A DNA stretch of 63,920 nucleotides, filler included, from Chiloscyllium plagiosum (taxonomy: Eukaryota): assembly GCF_004010195.1 (NCBI RefSeq). It is 4 parts of one record of this genome, joined end to end, with 100 filler letters (N's around TTAATTAATTAA, not from the genome) between each part and the next. Parts side by side here need not be neighbours in the genome. Positions count along the whole stretch, not along the records: positions 1 to 28,562 come from NC_057717.1; 3 more parts are not named here. One strand, given 5' to 3'. The notes beneath the pieces were generated by a model, which made no database searches, was not told where the DNA came from, and saw nothing but the letters and a program-made list of their open reading frames with translations. The number at the start of each line of letters is the position of its first letter. Within the stretch, counting starts at the first letter, position 1. This document shows positions 10,432 through 23,329 of this stretch, piece after piece. Both the position numbers and the translations under genes were made by a program.

Positions 10432-12281
10432 ACGCAGACAATGTCATAATTAATAATCTATTCCCAGTTTTCATCACGTGTAGCTGTCTCTAAAATACGA
10501 ATTAAATCAAAATCAATTTGTTGTGATTCGTTCATTTATTTTCATAACGTAAAGAAGCAGACGTGCAATACATGTAGCACTAGCACAAAAAAAAATGGGA
10601 ACAGGATTGGAGCATGATGTCCAAATATAACCTGGTTCAGCATGTAGCCCAATCAAAATGATCAAAATATATAGATAGTGGAAATCTTAAACACAAACAA
10701 AATGGTGGAGAAATGCAACAGATGACGCAGGATCTGGATGGAGAAACAAAGTTGGCAAATTGAGGCTTATATGAGCCTGTTCTGAACAAGTCATGTTGGA
10801 CTCAAAAAGTTAATTCCGTTTTTCTCTGCTCCGATACTGCCTGACCTGTGGGGTTTCTCTCCAGCACTTTCAATTGGTGCAATGGCAGGAGACAGAGAGA
10901 AATGCTGGGCAGTTGCTTTTTGGACAGAAGTCTTGTGACCAGCAGTGTTACACAGAGAGTGGCTCTGGGTTTTCATTGTTTGTCATTTATGTAAACGATT
11001 TGGATGAGAATATAGAAGGCATGTTAGTAAGTTTGTGGATGACACCAAAACTGGTGGCACAGTGGACAGTGAAGGAGGTTTTCTGAGATTACAAAAGGAT
11101 CTTGATCAAATGGGTCAATGTGCTGACAAATAGCAGAAAGTGTTCAATCTGGATGAATGCGAGGTGAGGTCAATAATGTGTGTTTGTTGCTGACTGATGC
11201 ACCAGAAATGCGATGATTTTATTCCCTATCTCCTGGGTTCAGCACAACAATATCCTTCATGATGTTTGAGAGGCCTTACCCTCTCCGTGGGTACCNNNNN
11301 NNNNNNNNNNNNNNNNNNNNNNNNNNNNNNNNNNNNNNNNNNNNNNNNNNNNNNNNNNNNNNNNNNNNNNNNNNNNNNNNNNNNNNNNNNNNNNNNNNNN
11401 NNNNNNNNNNNNNNNNNNNNNGCAGACAATGTCATAATTAATAATCTATTCCCAGTTTTCATCACGTGTGGCTGTCTCTAAAATACCAAATAAATTAAAA
11501 TCAATTTGTTGTGATTCGTTCATTTATTTTCATAACGTAAAGAAGCAGACGTGCAATATATGTAGCACTAGCACAAAAAAAAAGGAGCAGGATTGGAGCA
11601 TGATGTCCAAATATAACCTGGTTCAGCATCTAGCCCAATCAAGATAAGCAAAATATATAGATAGTGGAAATCTTAAACACAAACAAAATGGTGGAGAAAT
11701 GCAACAGATTACGCAGGATCTGGACGGAGAAACAAAGTTGGCATATTGAGGCTTATATGAGCCTGTTCTGAACAAGTCATGTTGGACTCAAAAAGTTAAT
11801 TCCGTTTTTCTCTGCTCCGATACTGCCTGACCTCTGGGGTTTCTCTCCAGCACTTTCAATTGGTGCAATGGGAGGAGACAGAGAGTAATGCTGGGCAGTT
11901 GCTTTTTGGCCAGAAGTCTTGAGACCAGCAGTGTTACACAGAGAGTGGCTCTGGGTTTTCATTGTTTGTCATTTATGTTAACGATTTGGATGAGAATATA
12001 GAAGGCATGTTAGTAAGTTTGTGGATGACACCAAAACTGGTGGCACAGTGGACAGTAAAGGAGGTTTTCTGAGATTACAAAAGTATCTTGATCAAATGGG
12101 TCAATGTGCTGACAAATAGCAGATAGTGTTCAATCTGGATGAATGCGAGGTGCAGTCAATAGCGTGTGTTTGTTGCTGTCTGATGCACCAGAAATGGGAT
12201 GATTTTATTCCCTATCTCCTGGGTTCAGCACATCAATATCCTTCATGATCTTTAAAAGGCCTTACCCTCTCCGTGGGTACC
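10432..12281. repeat. Near-identical duplicate segments flanking an assembly gap (10432-11295 and 11422-12281), each with a degenerate inverted PLE tail and a CR1 RT fragment
   Basis: Direct match starting gcagacaatgtcataattaat in both copies; RT motif FVIYVNDLDENIEG..SKF.DDTK in each. Confidence 0.85.
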
Positions 12282-14620
12282 TTCTTGATGTTAATGCAGT
12301 GGCACAATATTTTTGGATTATCCTTAAACTTAGCTGCCCAAACTATCCCATTTCTCCTTTTTTCTTTCCTGATTTCTCTTTAAATAATGCCCCACCATCT
12401 TCATATTGATCAAGGCATCCAATTGAATAGAATTGTCTCTACCTATAGTAACAATCTCTTTTATTCTTGTGTGGACCTCAACAACTTTAGACATCCATTG
12501 TTCCTTAATCTTACCAGCCTTACCCTTCACTCTAACAGGAACATAATGCCTCTCAACTCTCGTCGTCGCACTGTTGAATGCCTCCCATTTGTCAGACGTT
12601 GTTTTACCTGCTCACGGTCTACTGCAATGAAACTTGGTAAGTCCTTGTCCCATGCCATTAAAATGTATGGTAACCCAATTAAAAAGATAACATTGATGGA
12701 AGGTTTAATTCTTTTCCATAACCATTTTGAAACTAATAGAGTTATGATTGCAAGATCCAAACTACTCCCCCACCTTTACTTCAGACAGATGCCCTGTATA
12801 TTGCACAGAAGAAGGTCAAGTTTTGCTCCTTCTCTAATGGGATCTTGCACGTATCGATGCAGAAAGTTTTCTTGAATATATTTGACAAATATATCATTAT
12901 CCAACCCTTGAACACTATGGTAGTCCGAATCAATTTAAAACAAATTAAAACCCCCATTATTACAACCTTATTAAGTGCACATATTTCTGAAATCAACCTC
13001 CATGTTTGTTTCTCAATTCCTTTCTTATTGTTCGAGAGCATATGGTACAGTACCATCGATGCGTTCTTTCCTTTCTTATATTTTTTACATTTCTTCCAAT
13101 ATATTTTCACTGGGACGATTTGTCACATCTAAGATTAGACTCCCTACAGTATTGAAACAGGCCCCTCAGCCTAACCACTCCATATTGACCCTCCGAAATG
13201 GTAACCCACAAAGACACATTCCTCTATCCTATATTCACCTCTGACAAATGTACCTCACACTGTGGGAAATTTAGCATGGGCAATTCAACTAACCAGCACA
13301 TCTTTGGATTGTAGGAGGAAACCCACTCACACACGGTAAGAATGTGCAAACTCCACACAGATAGGGGTCTGAGGTTGGGATTAAACCAGTGACCACTGAG
13401 CCGCCATGCCAAAACTAAGCATACCATGCAATCTCTTCAAAGTGATCTTTACTTTCTTATGTTTAATACTACCCATATGTTTTATCGGGATGGTTTTGAG
13501 AACTATCTTCGCCAGTTCCAAGAATAATTTATTCCTTAATCAAAAACGGCAGGCATCCCTTCCCTGCTTATCAATTGCCTTTTTTTCTATCCTTCCTATG
13601 ACACCTGGAACATTGAATTGCCAGGCTTGAACATCACTCAGCCAAGTTTATGTCATAAATTTGGTGTCCCAATCCCATGTTCGTTAACATGCTCTGAGTT
13701 CATCAGCCTTCCCTGTAAGACCCCTTACAGTGAAATAAATGCAATTTAGTTTTTCAGAATTTCTATATATTCTGATTCTCTCATCGTTCTTTTCTAGTTG
13801 ATGTGCTCTTGTCACATTCATAATCTTTTCCATCCATCCTACCACTAACACTGCTACTTAGAATGCCCCCCTTGCCTTATCTGTGAATATAAAGACTCCC
13901 TACACAGAGTGAACAATTCTCACTGCTAACATATGGTTGGTCTCCAGTTTAGATTAGACCAATCCTTTTTGAACAGATCGTTTCTATTCAAAAACACATT
14001 CCAATTTCCCAAAATCTAAATCCCTTAACAACACACCAGTTCGTCAGCCATTGATTTTTCTCGTTTCACCCTTTGTTCCTTTCCTGATTGCTTTTGGCAT
14101 TGGGAGTAAACCAGAAATGACTACTTTAAAGTTTTTATTTTTAACCTTCGACATCACCTCTTCAATTCACTCTGTATTGCTTTAATCTTTTCCCGACAAA
14201 AATGTCATTCCTACCAATATATACAATAATTTCTGGCTACTCAATCTCACCTTTAACAATGTGTTGAAGTGTTTGGAGTCATTCTTAATCCTAGCACCGG
14301 GAAAGTCACAAGCCATCCTGAACTCCCACTCAGTGCCACAGAATCTCCTGTTGACGTTCCTGACAGAAGAGTCCACTGTAGCAATAATTCTACTACATCT
14401 TCTCAAACGCTGCCGAACATAAGAATCATTCGAAGTGTCCAATAATTGGCTGCTCTTCCATTTTCCTCAGAGAGATAATCCCCTTCAACAGTTCCAAAAA
14501 CTGAAAATCATTTTGACAGAGTAATAGCCACCGCAGACGTTTGAACTACCTTCTTATCTTTCCTGACACTCACTATTTATCTGACTGAATTCCTGGATAA
14601 TGATTTTTCTAAATATTCTA
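12260..14620 (-). mobile_element. Degenerate CR1 LINE (ORF1 SGNH-esterase and endonuclease region)
   Basis: ORF 14182..14442 VDSSVRNVNRRFCG..FRMACDFPGARIK resembles the CR1 ORF1 esterase (GDSIVRG.DRRFCG...MVCCLPGARV). Endonuclease-like NKVVIMG and KGKAGKIKEQWM lie downstream. Confidence 0.75.
13131..13410 (-). mobile_element. HE1-type V-SINE inserted in the CR1
   Basis: gattagactccctacagt...ggaggaaacccac...tgcaaactccacacag, the V-SINE core in reverse. Confidence 0.75.
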
Positions 14621-15744
14621 GCCATCCTCTCTGTACCTTATGTATGGTCTTAGTAATGTTATGTTTAAAGAAGGATTTTTCATGACACATTTTATATGTT
14701 ATCTTTCATTACCTATAGACAGTAACGTTAAGATGGAAAGAATATAGAAACATTTACATGTCAAACATTTCAATATTGAATAAAACCAACCATTTAGCTA
14801 AATAAATCAATACAAACATTATTCTTCAATAAATGCCTCGAAGACAAAATTTTTCTCCGGAACTGAAAACATGTAGGACTCTCCGGAACGAAGGCACAAC
14901 TCCATGTTTACAAAAAAAAACTGTTTAATTTTTCGAAAAAATTCTTTTGCTGCATAAAAAAACTATAAAAATATGAATACACTTTAATTTGTTTAAACCA
15001 CCCGTCAAAATGTTCTTAAAAATATTCGTTTGAAAGAAAATCGAGATTTTTTGCTTGTTTTCGTATGTTAATACAAATTTAAACATAATATTATATTAAT
15101 AAACTATAATAACTTGATCAGCTGTAAAAAAAGACGATAATACATATCTAACTGCCTGCAATCCCATAAGCAGCTGTCAGTTCCATGCTGCTCAAAGCGC
15201 ATTTTTTGAAATATTTTTTAACAACATGAATAAACGTGGCTGAATTTTTTAAATAATTTGTTTCCAGTTCAAGGTAAACTTGACGATATGATTTGATCTC
15301 ATGCCGTGAGTCTGTATGTAGAATTTAATTGAAGCTTTATCCTCATCACTCTAGCCCTTTCAAACAAAATTATGAATATGTATTCATCGTACAGGCGAAA
15401 ATTCATTCAGCTGTGACTATTGCAGGGCATCTTACAAAGAACATTATCCAGGTCCACGTAGAACACAAATATTGCAGTGAAAGCCACCTAAACCGAATTC
15501 TATATTATGTTTTTACAAGTCTTATAAATGAAACGTACAGAGGCGCATAGTACAAAAGGGGAATTCAGCTACATGTCCAAAATAAAATTCGTGGCACCAT
15601 CATAAAAACACCCCAACTGCATCACGCTGTAAATTGTCCAATATACGATTTAAAAAAAAGAGACTGGGATTCTCAATTCTTTCCCTGTGAATATCAACTG
15701 AAGAACAGGAAGAAAGTCAAGGCTTAGATGTGAACTTAGATATT

Positions 15745-16058
15745 TTTTTTTAGATTAGATTTTTTTTTAGATTAGATTAGATTTTTCTTAGATTACATTG
15801 CAGTGTGGAAACAGGCCCTTCGGCCCAACAAGTCCACAACGACCCGCCGAAGCGCAACCCACCCAGACCCCTACATTTACCCCTTACCGAACACTATGGG
15901 CAATTTAGCATGGCCAATTCACCTGACCCTCACATCTTTGGACTATGGGAGGAAACCGGAGCACCCGGAGGAAACCCACGCAGACACGGGGAGAACGTGC
16001 AAACTCCACACAGTCAGTCACCTGAGGCGGGAATTGAACCCGGGTCTCCGGCGCTGTG
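15745..16058 (-). mobile_element. HE1-type V-SINE, young, with TTAGA-repeat tail
   Basis: Well-preserved V-domain ggaggaaaccggagcacccggaggaaacccacgcagacacggggagaacgtgcaaactccacacag and reverse B-box gggaattgaaccc; (ttaga) repeats at the 3' end. Confidence 0.88.
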
Positions 16059-16089
16059 ACGATAAATGATGATGATGAGAATGGAAGGG

Positions 16090-16450
16090 AGCGATTTTGG
16101 AGGAATGATAAACAATGCTGTGGGTGATGCAAAGTTTAGCTAGGTAGTACACAATGAAGAGCAACGTGTTAGGGTATAGAGGGTATACACCGATTGTTCA
16201 GGTAGCGAGATCGATGACAGATGAAAATTAATACTGACAAATTTGATAAATTTCAGGTGTAACATGTCAAGAGTACTCAAACTATGAAGAGACGCTAGAT
16301 TTTCTTGATCTTACTTTTAAGCAAAGAAGGTTGAGAGGTGCTCCTGATGGAGGTGTTTAACAGCATGAGGGGTCGGGATATGGTGAACAGAGATCAGCTC
16401 TTCCCGTTGCTCCAAGGCTCAAAAACAATAATACACACCTATAAAGTGAA
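16090..16450 (+). mobile_element. Highly degenerate CR1 RT/3' fragment
   Basis: Remnants gatgatgag...gatgcaaagtt, and LMEVFNSMRGRDMVNRDQLFPL typical of the CR1 ORF2 C-terminus. Confidence 0.55.
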
Positions 16451-16608
16451 AGTGGTCTCGCCATTAATCTGTAAGGGAAACTTCCCTATTTCTAAATTTA
16501 TTGGGTTTCAAAATAATTCAAGTTTTATGTTGCCTCCTGAACAAAATTTGATGTTGATGTGAGAGGTTTTGTTTTGATCCAGGTTCCTCTTCCTTATGCC
16601 TCAGTTTT

Positions 16609-16794
16609 GCAGGGCAGGCAGCATCCAGGGAACAGGAGATTCGACGTTTCGGGCACAGGCCCTTCTTCAGGAATGAAGGGCCTGTGCCCGAAACGTCGAA
16701 TCTCCTGTTCCCTGGATGCTGCCTGACCTGCTGTGCTGTTCCAGCAATAAAGTTTCAACTTTGATCTCCAGCATCTGCAGACCTCACTTTCTCC
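16609..16794. mobile_element. Young inverted PLE insertion with hammerhead motif and 18-bp flanking direct repeat
   Basis: Perfect 51-bp inverted arms (16615-16665 and 16675-16725). TCCTTATGCCTCAGTTTT occurs at 16591-16608 and 16795-16812. Minus strand reads CTGAAGA-AGGGC CTGT GCCC-GAAACGTC. Confidence 0.85.
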
Positions 16795-17309
16795 TCCTTA
16801 TGCCTCAGTTTTACAATCTGTCCATTGAAATACTACACTGCTTTTCCATTGAACTCACCAACGTATTCGAAGACAGAAACATTTTCCCAAATATGAGCCA
16901 AACGCCAATCTTTGTCCGTTTCCTTGACCCACATATTAATATCTATAGACTCATATCCTCTTCACATCATTTTTTCTAACATTTTGAATATTTGTTTTCT
17001 TCCATAATACATTCAAAATATTTTCAAGAAGATATAGATTATGGCCTCTTCACAATAGAATTAATAATGTAATATTTTTACTCAAGATCTGAACTTAAAG
17101 TTGCAACAACGCTAAAGTGTTTTGTTGCCCCGTCACTCAGTTCCAGACTGCAGTTGCAGCGAATAGTCATTAATTCTGAAAAGAATTGCCAAGTCTTTAC
17201 TTCTGGTCCAAATTGTCATTTGTTCCTTTATTGCAAAAAAACATATTAATTACGCACTGTATGTCTCACTGTTACATTTTGATTTCTTTTACTCCGGACA
17301 ATTAAACAT

Positions 17310-18880
17310 CAGGAATTAAGAACGCGGATAGGCCATCTGTTTACCAGGCCTGCTGTGGTAATCAAAAAGGCCTGACTGTGGTCTTTTCTCCACATTACTG
17401 TCTTCTTCTCTACACACAGATCAACCTGCATCTCCCTCAACCAAAACCCTCGACTCCTGTCGCCCCGGTCACCAACAGTGAATAAAATCCAAAGAACTGC
17501 AGAAGGAATAACACAAGAACATATGAATTAGGAGTGGCAGCATGAATTTCAACTTTGCATTTTTCCACATTAAACACCGCCTGCAAGATGTAGAAATCTG
17601 CCCCATTCCAAACTTATCAATATTCAGTTTTAAACTCTATCTCCTCATCACAGCCTGTTTTAACATGTAGTTGTGGAAGTCTGTAAATTTAGTTGCTACT
17701 CTCTGTCTTTCCTTCCAGGTCATTTGGATAGGTTGTAAACAGTTAAGGTCTGAGAACTGAACCCTGCAGCACCTCACTCGTTTCAGTTCACCAGAGAAAG
17801 ATTATTTATCCCAATGGTCTGCTTTCTGTCAGTCAGCCAACCCTATATCCAATTCAATACTCTACCCTTAACACCCTGGTATCTAACCTTTCTAGATCAG
17901 TCCTTTATGTGGCACCTTGTCAAAGTTTAGACATACTGCATTTGTTGGATCCTCATAATCCACTTTACTGGCTACATTCTCGAAGAAATCCCCCATTGTG
18001 CCCTAGCACCTTCTAATAAATCCAACATAAAAAGGACTGTATGTGTTGTTCACATTGGATTCACTTCTTTGTGTTACAAATAGCGATGCTCCAAGCACTG
18101 ATGCATGTGATACCCAATCAGTCGTGGCCTTCTGTTCAAAGGAGGACGCTAGTCTCTCCATCATCGAATTCTCAACCCATGTAGGGTACCTACCCCTTAC
18201 CCAAAGGCTGTAACTTTCTTCTCTCACCTGTGTGCAACTGTGTTAAACTTATTCTGAAAGTACAAATACACTGTTCGCACGAGTTCTCACTCGTTGATGT
18301 CACAACCAACATCGTCCATAAACTCCAGTACGTTTTTCAAAGGTAGTTTTCTTGTCCTGAATCTGGTTGATACTGCTCAATCACATTATTGTTCTCCAAT
18401 GATTTATTTATGATTAATTACAACAATTGCTCATCGGTTCCTCACTAATAACATAAACTTATCCTCCAGTTGATTTTCTGTTTTCACTCTCCGTCCTGTT
18501 GTAAATATGTGCGGTCATAGTAGCCGCTTTCCAGTCTAGAGGATCCCTTACAGAATCTAAAGAGCTTTGACCTCCCTCATATAATTAAGGAAAAGGCAAG
18601 AGAGAAGAGGGCCATTGATCCATCGTGCCTGCACTTTCTCCGAAAAGAGTTATCTAGCAAGCTCAATTCTCCAACCCTATCTCTGTAGCTCTCTAAATTT
18701 ATCACTCATCAGGTCCAGAAGCCTACTAACCTTCAACACAATGCGTTTTTCCAGTACTTCAACTTGACTAATTCTAAATTTCTTAACTTCCTTACTTTCA
18801 CCAGTCATCATCTTCTCCAATATTTCCCAAAAGATTTTCTGTTGCTTCCTCTGTTTTGAAAGAACGAATATATTCACCTC
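17310..18880 (-). mobile_element. Mosaic of degenerate CR1 fragments
   Basis: CR1 3'-tail and RT remnants (gtggcaccttgtcaaag = FDKVPH reversed; gaaccctgcagcacc = GV.QG reversed). Confidence 0.5.
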
Positions 18881-19539
18881 ACTGGACAGAGGTGGACTCT
18901 GTTACCTCTTGACTATGTGAGGTGATGGGGTTCTTGCATAATGGACATGTCCCGCACTCCTGCCTGGCAAGTTCCAGAATCAAAATGGTTGATGGGCATT
19001 TTGAGTACAGTCCTCTCTCTGATATGAGACTGCACAGCTCTTTAACCTCCTCGTTGTTGAAATAAACTGGCTTCACAAGCTACAATTGGGAAACGTATAC
19101 CATTGGGAAAAGCTTATGAAATCTCAGAAAAGATAGTGCAGTGCCCTGCTCGTCCCAGTGCAGTCTCTGCAGACCCAAATACAATATACAATCTATCCCC
19201 ATACCTTGTACAGAGTAGGAACACCAGGCCCTCATGTCTGCCTGAATAAATGTAGCAGCTGACAACACAAATCCAAGGAAACCATCCATAGAACTCCACT
19301 GACTTTCCAATGACAGGAGCAAGTCAATACTTGTATATATGGCAGACCCACTCAGTACTGAAAATACCTAGCTTGCCTCGGTTTCTCTTCCTGGCTGATA
19401 AACTGTTACATTTCTGTGCAGTCCCTGAAATATGAATAGTTCTGCTCTCTATGGAAATCGTTGACAATGTAACTGCACAATGTTCTGTGCCTTAGTCACG
19501 AGAATTGCAACACAGCTATTGATGTTGAAGAGGCTGGAG

Positions 19540-20040
19540 AGGTGATGGTCTAGTGGTATTTTCTCTACTCTATAAATTCTGAGATTTCCACAAATATTTC
19601 CCAATTGCATACCTTTCCCAGATAATTCCCCAAACCCGGACCTTTATCCTGCCACAGTAGATGGTGGAATTTGAATTCAATAAAATATTTGGAATTAACA
19701 ATCTAATGAAATATTGCTGGTTGTTAAAACTAAGAACATCTGGCTCACTAGTGTCCTTCAGGGAAGTTAATTTGCAGTCTTCACTGGTCTGGCCTCCATG
19801 TGATTCCAGACCTTCAGCAGTGGTTGACTCTTAAATGATCTTTGAAATGACCAAGCCAACCATTCAGTTATAACACTACAAGGTCTCAAAGAAGTGAAAA
19901 AGAAGTGAAGCACTGCCAGCCTACAGCACATCGAAATGCAGTGGTTCAGAGAGGCAGTTCCCCAGCATCTTCACAAAAGCAACTCGGAAAGAGAAATAAA
20001 TGCTGGACCAGCCAACAACACCAAAGTCCCATTAATGAAG
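19540..20040 (+). mobile_element. tRNA-derived SINE with LINE-like tail (fuller copy)
   Basis: gaggtgatggtctagtggtatt (A-box)...gatggtggaatttgaattcaataaaa...catctggctcactagtgtccttcagggaag...ataaatgctgg. Confidence 0.7.
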
Positions 20041-20464
20041 AAAAGAAGATAACCTCACTCAGGGTAGAGAGATAGAGGGGACAGAACTCACTTGAAACAG
20101 GGACTTGGATATATACCTACATGGACATGATACTCAGGAATATGGTAAAGGTGAAAACTAAATGAAAATGATCTCCCAATTTATTTCCATACCAGCTGAT
20201 TATCCACAATCCCTTTGTTTATTTTTTCTGTGTCTCTATTTCTCCATATGTTCAACTCCATCCACCAGCACATATTACACTATTTCCCAGCAACTTTCAC
20301 ATCTGATGCATGGTGAGTGGACTCAAAATGTTAACTCTGGTCTCTCCAGGCAGAGGCTGACAAACGTGCTGCGTTTCCCCAGCACTCTGTTTCTTTTTGT
20401 TTCAGAACCCCAGTATCTTTCTTTGTTTGATTTAATCTTTATTTTTGTTATTGTATGGGACATT

Positions 20465-20940
20465 GCCCCATCGAGACCACACTGATCCTCTGCAGAGCAT
20501 TGCACCCAGACCAACCTCATAGCCCATTCCTGCAATTCCAATGGCTAACCCACCCCTTACCCTGTCCCTGCATCTCCCATAACTAACACACCTAGCTGCA
20601 CATGATGGGTAATTTTGCATGGTCAATCTACTGAACATGTGTGCACTGTGGGAGGAAACTGAACCTGACAGAGGTGTATAAGAGTATTAGAGGTATGAGC
20701 AGAGTGAACAGACAACAACTATTTCCCTTCATCAAAGGGTTAAAAACAAGGGGGAATACGTTTAAAATGAAAGACAAGATACTAAGATAGGATTTGTGGA
20801 ATCTGTTTGGAACCCATTCGATGGTTTGTGTCTAGAATGCATTGCCTGGGAGGGCAGTAGAGAGATTGTAACCTCACAAACTTTTTAAAACACTTATATA
20901 AGCACTGAATAGTGGGACTCAATGGTCCTTGTCTATATTA
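20465..20940. mobile_element. Degenerate V-SINE (minus) followed by a CR1 3' fragment (plus)
   Basis: gggtaattttgcatggtcaatc..gtgggaggaaac (SINE), then gaggtgtataagagtattagaggtatg...gaatgcattgcctgggagggcagtaga (CR1). Confidence 0.55.
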
Positions 20941-22319
20941 CATGGCTTCATGTGATGGCAGCCATGATAGCTCTGATATATTCTGAAGCAACAGCCAACA
21001 GGACTTGGCTTGTTCCATCGAACTGTGCTCAGTAAGTGGTGAAGTTACAAATCAGCATCATCCCATGAAGTACCAATACTTACTCAACCGAGGACAGCCC
21101 AGCCATCTCTGAAAACATGCTAAGTACAAGATTCATCCAATGACAGCATCAACATTATTCCAGCTGATTGACACTATTATTTGAAGGACACTAATAACAT
21201 AGAAAAAGACTTGCCTTCATTATTATATACACTTTTCGTGTAAGGTTGTTATTTCTCTGAAGACTAGTAAATTACTTCCCATATATTCGTATTGACAAAG
21301 AGTTTGTTATCCTGCGAGCTGTTTATAACAGCGTGGCGGCTTGTTTAACACTCCATCCACCACCAGTAATATTTACTCCCAGTTTAACCGGCACATGAGA
21401 TACACTGCTGGCACTCCCTCTCAACAGCCACTTAGATGGACCAACGTCAACTGGACTGGAACTTCTCAAGGGCAATTAATGCTGGTCTAGCTACATTAAA
21501 ATCCCAAATGAACTAAAAAGATAATCCGATTTTCTAATAATTATTAAACAATGAGGACATTTTATTGATCTGATGAGTTTGTCGCTGCCTTTGAAGTTGT
21601 GTGATCTATTACCATGAAACCATTTCGTGCATATATTGGAAGAACAAAAAAAACTCAGGTCACAGAAACACAGTAACGCAGCATTTATACGCAAAATGCC
21701 AGGGAATAGTAGGCTATAGATCTTCAGGTAACTGGGAATAATGCAGTTTGGTGTTTTCTGACTGATGTAGTTGCATTGGGCTGAAGGACCAGTTTGTATG
21801 CTGTATGACTCTATCACTTTAATTGTTGGAAACAGAGCATGTGGTCTCACTATTTCCATAGCTTTTGAGCATCAAATATTGAGGAATGCAATCTCTAAGG
21901 GCACACAGGATTTCAAGTTATATCATTCTATCACTATCAAATTGTCACTATCAAATTGTTAAGAACCCAGTTCCTCTCCTTGTAACACGCCTGTTAGTGT
22001 TCCTGCACTACAAGAACCATATTCAGAACAGAAATTAAACAGAATGCTGGCCTTGGTAATGAAACGCACCTCACAAGAACAACTGAAAGGAATGTGCAGT
22101 ATTAAAGTTATCGATTTGACCCAAACTGATTTCTAAAGCAATTTCAAGCGAAGCTTTCCCTTGGTCCTGTGCTACTGACTTCTCGACAACATCATGAATC
22201 TTTTCTGATTGCTTTTGTGTGCCGTTTAAAATTCACATATGGAAAGCTGTACCCAATAATCTGAAAGGAAAAGTCTTCATGTTCATGAGAAACGTGTCAT
22301 TTTTGTTTTCAGTATCTAA

Positions 22320-23260
22320 AGACAACGGAAATGTAGAATCTAGCATCAGGAGTAAGGATCAAAACAGCTCCATTATGCGATAAGATCGTTGATGATCTGA
22401 TTGTGGCTTCAATCACACATTCCTCCTTTGCCCTTACAACGTTAGTGCGTTATTCGTAGTCAAGAATCTGCCTGCCGCTGTCTTAGGAATATTCAATGTC
22501 TTATCCTCAATCGCTTTCTGGGAAGAGAATTCCTCAAAGACACAACACTTTGAGAGAATTACACCAAATCACCATCTTCTTAACAGAGACATTCTTCAGT
22601 TTTATAGTTCATCCACTCATGATAATCTCTCACACAAGCTGAAAGATTGTTTCAGAATTCAACTTGAAAAGACTACTTGGAGTATTCTGGGGTTAAACAG
22701 GATCACATGTTGTTCGCCTAAACCCCAGCAGATCCAGGGCCAGTCAGTTAAATATTTCCTCCATAAATAAATGCTCCTCCCAGGAGTCAGCTGAGTGAAT
22801 CTTCTCTGGATTGCATTTCATATCATTGTGACCACCACTCCCTCGATGTGGTTACACCGCTACATTGTAAATTTGTAGAGAATCGTCCCTACTTTTAAAT
22901 GTATTCTGTTTCAGAAAGTTTCAACATTTATCTTACCTCCCTAAAAATTTGGTGTATATGTAAAGTTTTTATTTTGTAATCCAGGTGCCCGGTTCCTCTG
23001 TGCCTAAAGCCAATTTCTCCACTGGAATAATACACTACGTTTCCTTTCAAGTGGTCAATATCTTTGAGCACAGACACATTTTTCCTATTATGCTCCATAC
23101 ACCAATATTTGCCCGTTCACTTGACCCATCTTAATCTCCATATAGACTCATGTCCTCTTCATAACTTCCTGCTCGAACAGTCTCAACATAAGACGGACAG
23201 AATATTTGGCCAAAGAATACAGTGGCCATATTGCAAAGTAATTGACAATGAAATATTTTT
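22320..23260 (-). mobile_element. Degenerate CR1 3' region
   Basis: Reverse CR1 tail (caggagtaagg...gatcgttgatgatctgattg...gggaagagaattcc). Confidence 0.5.
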
Positions 23261-23329
23261 TACTCCATGGTAAACTATAAGTTTGAGACAATGTTAAAAT
23301 GTTTTGCAGTTCCATAAATCAAAGTACGA

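Noticed and set aside
15329..15550. KYCSE motif resembling the GPR139-like second intracellular loop
   Set aside because: No DRY/DRF motif or transmembrane segments around it, wrong strand for the exon 1 copies, and AT-rich context.
18879..19076. CGTCPLCKNPI resembling the end of a RING finger
   Set aside because: The upstream C-x2-C and C-x-H ligands are missing, the frame has a stop at 19080, and there is no supporting splice structure.
21670..21740. Minus-strand IAYYSLAF, a possible decayed GPCR exon 1 near the paralogous intron block
   Set aside because: There is no GVP or donor, a stop follows closely, and the match is too short to support.
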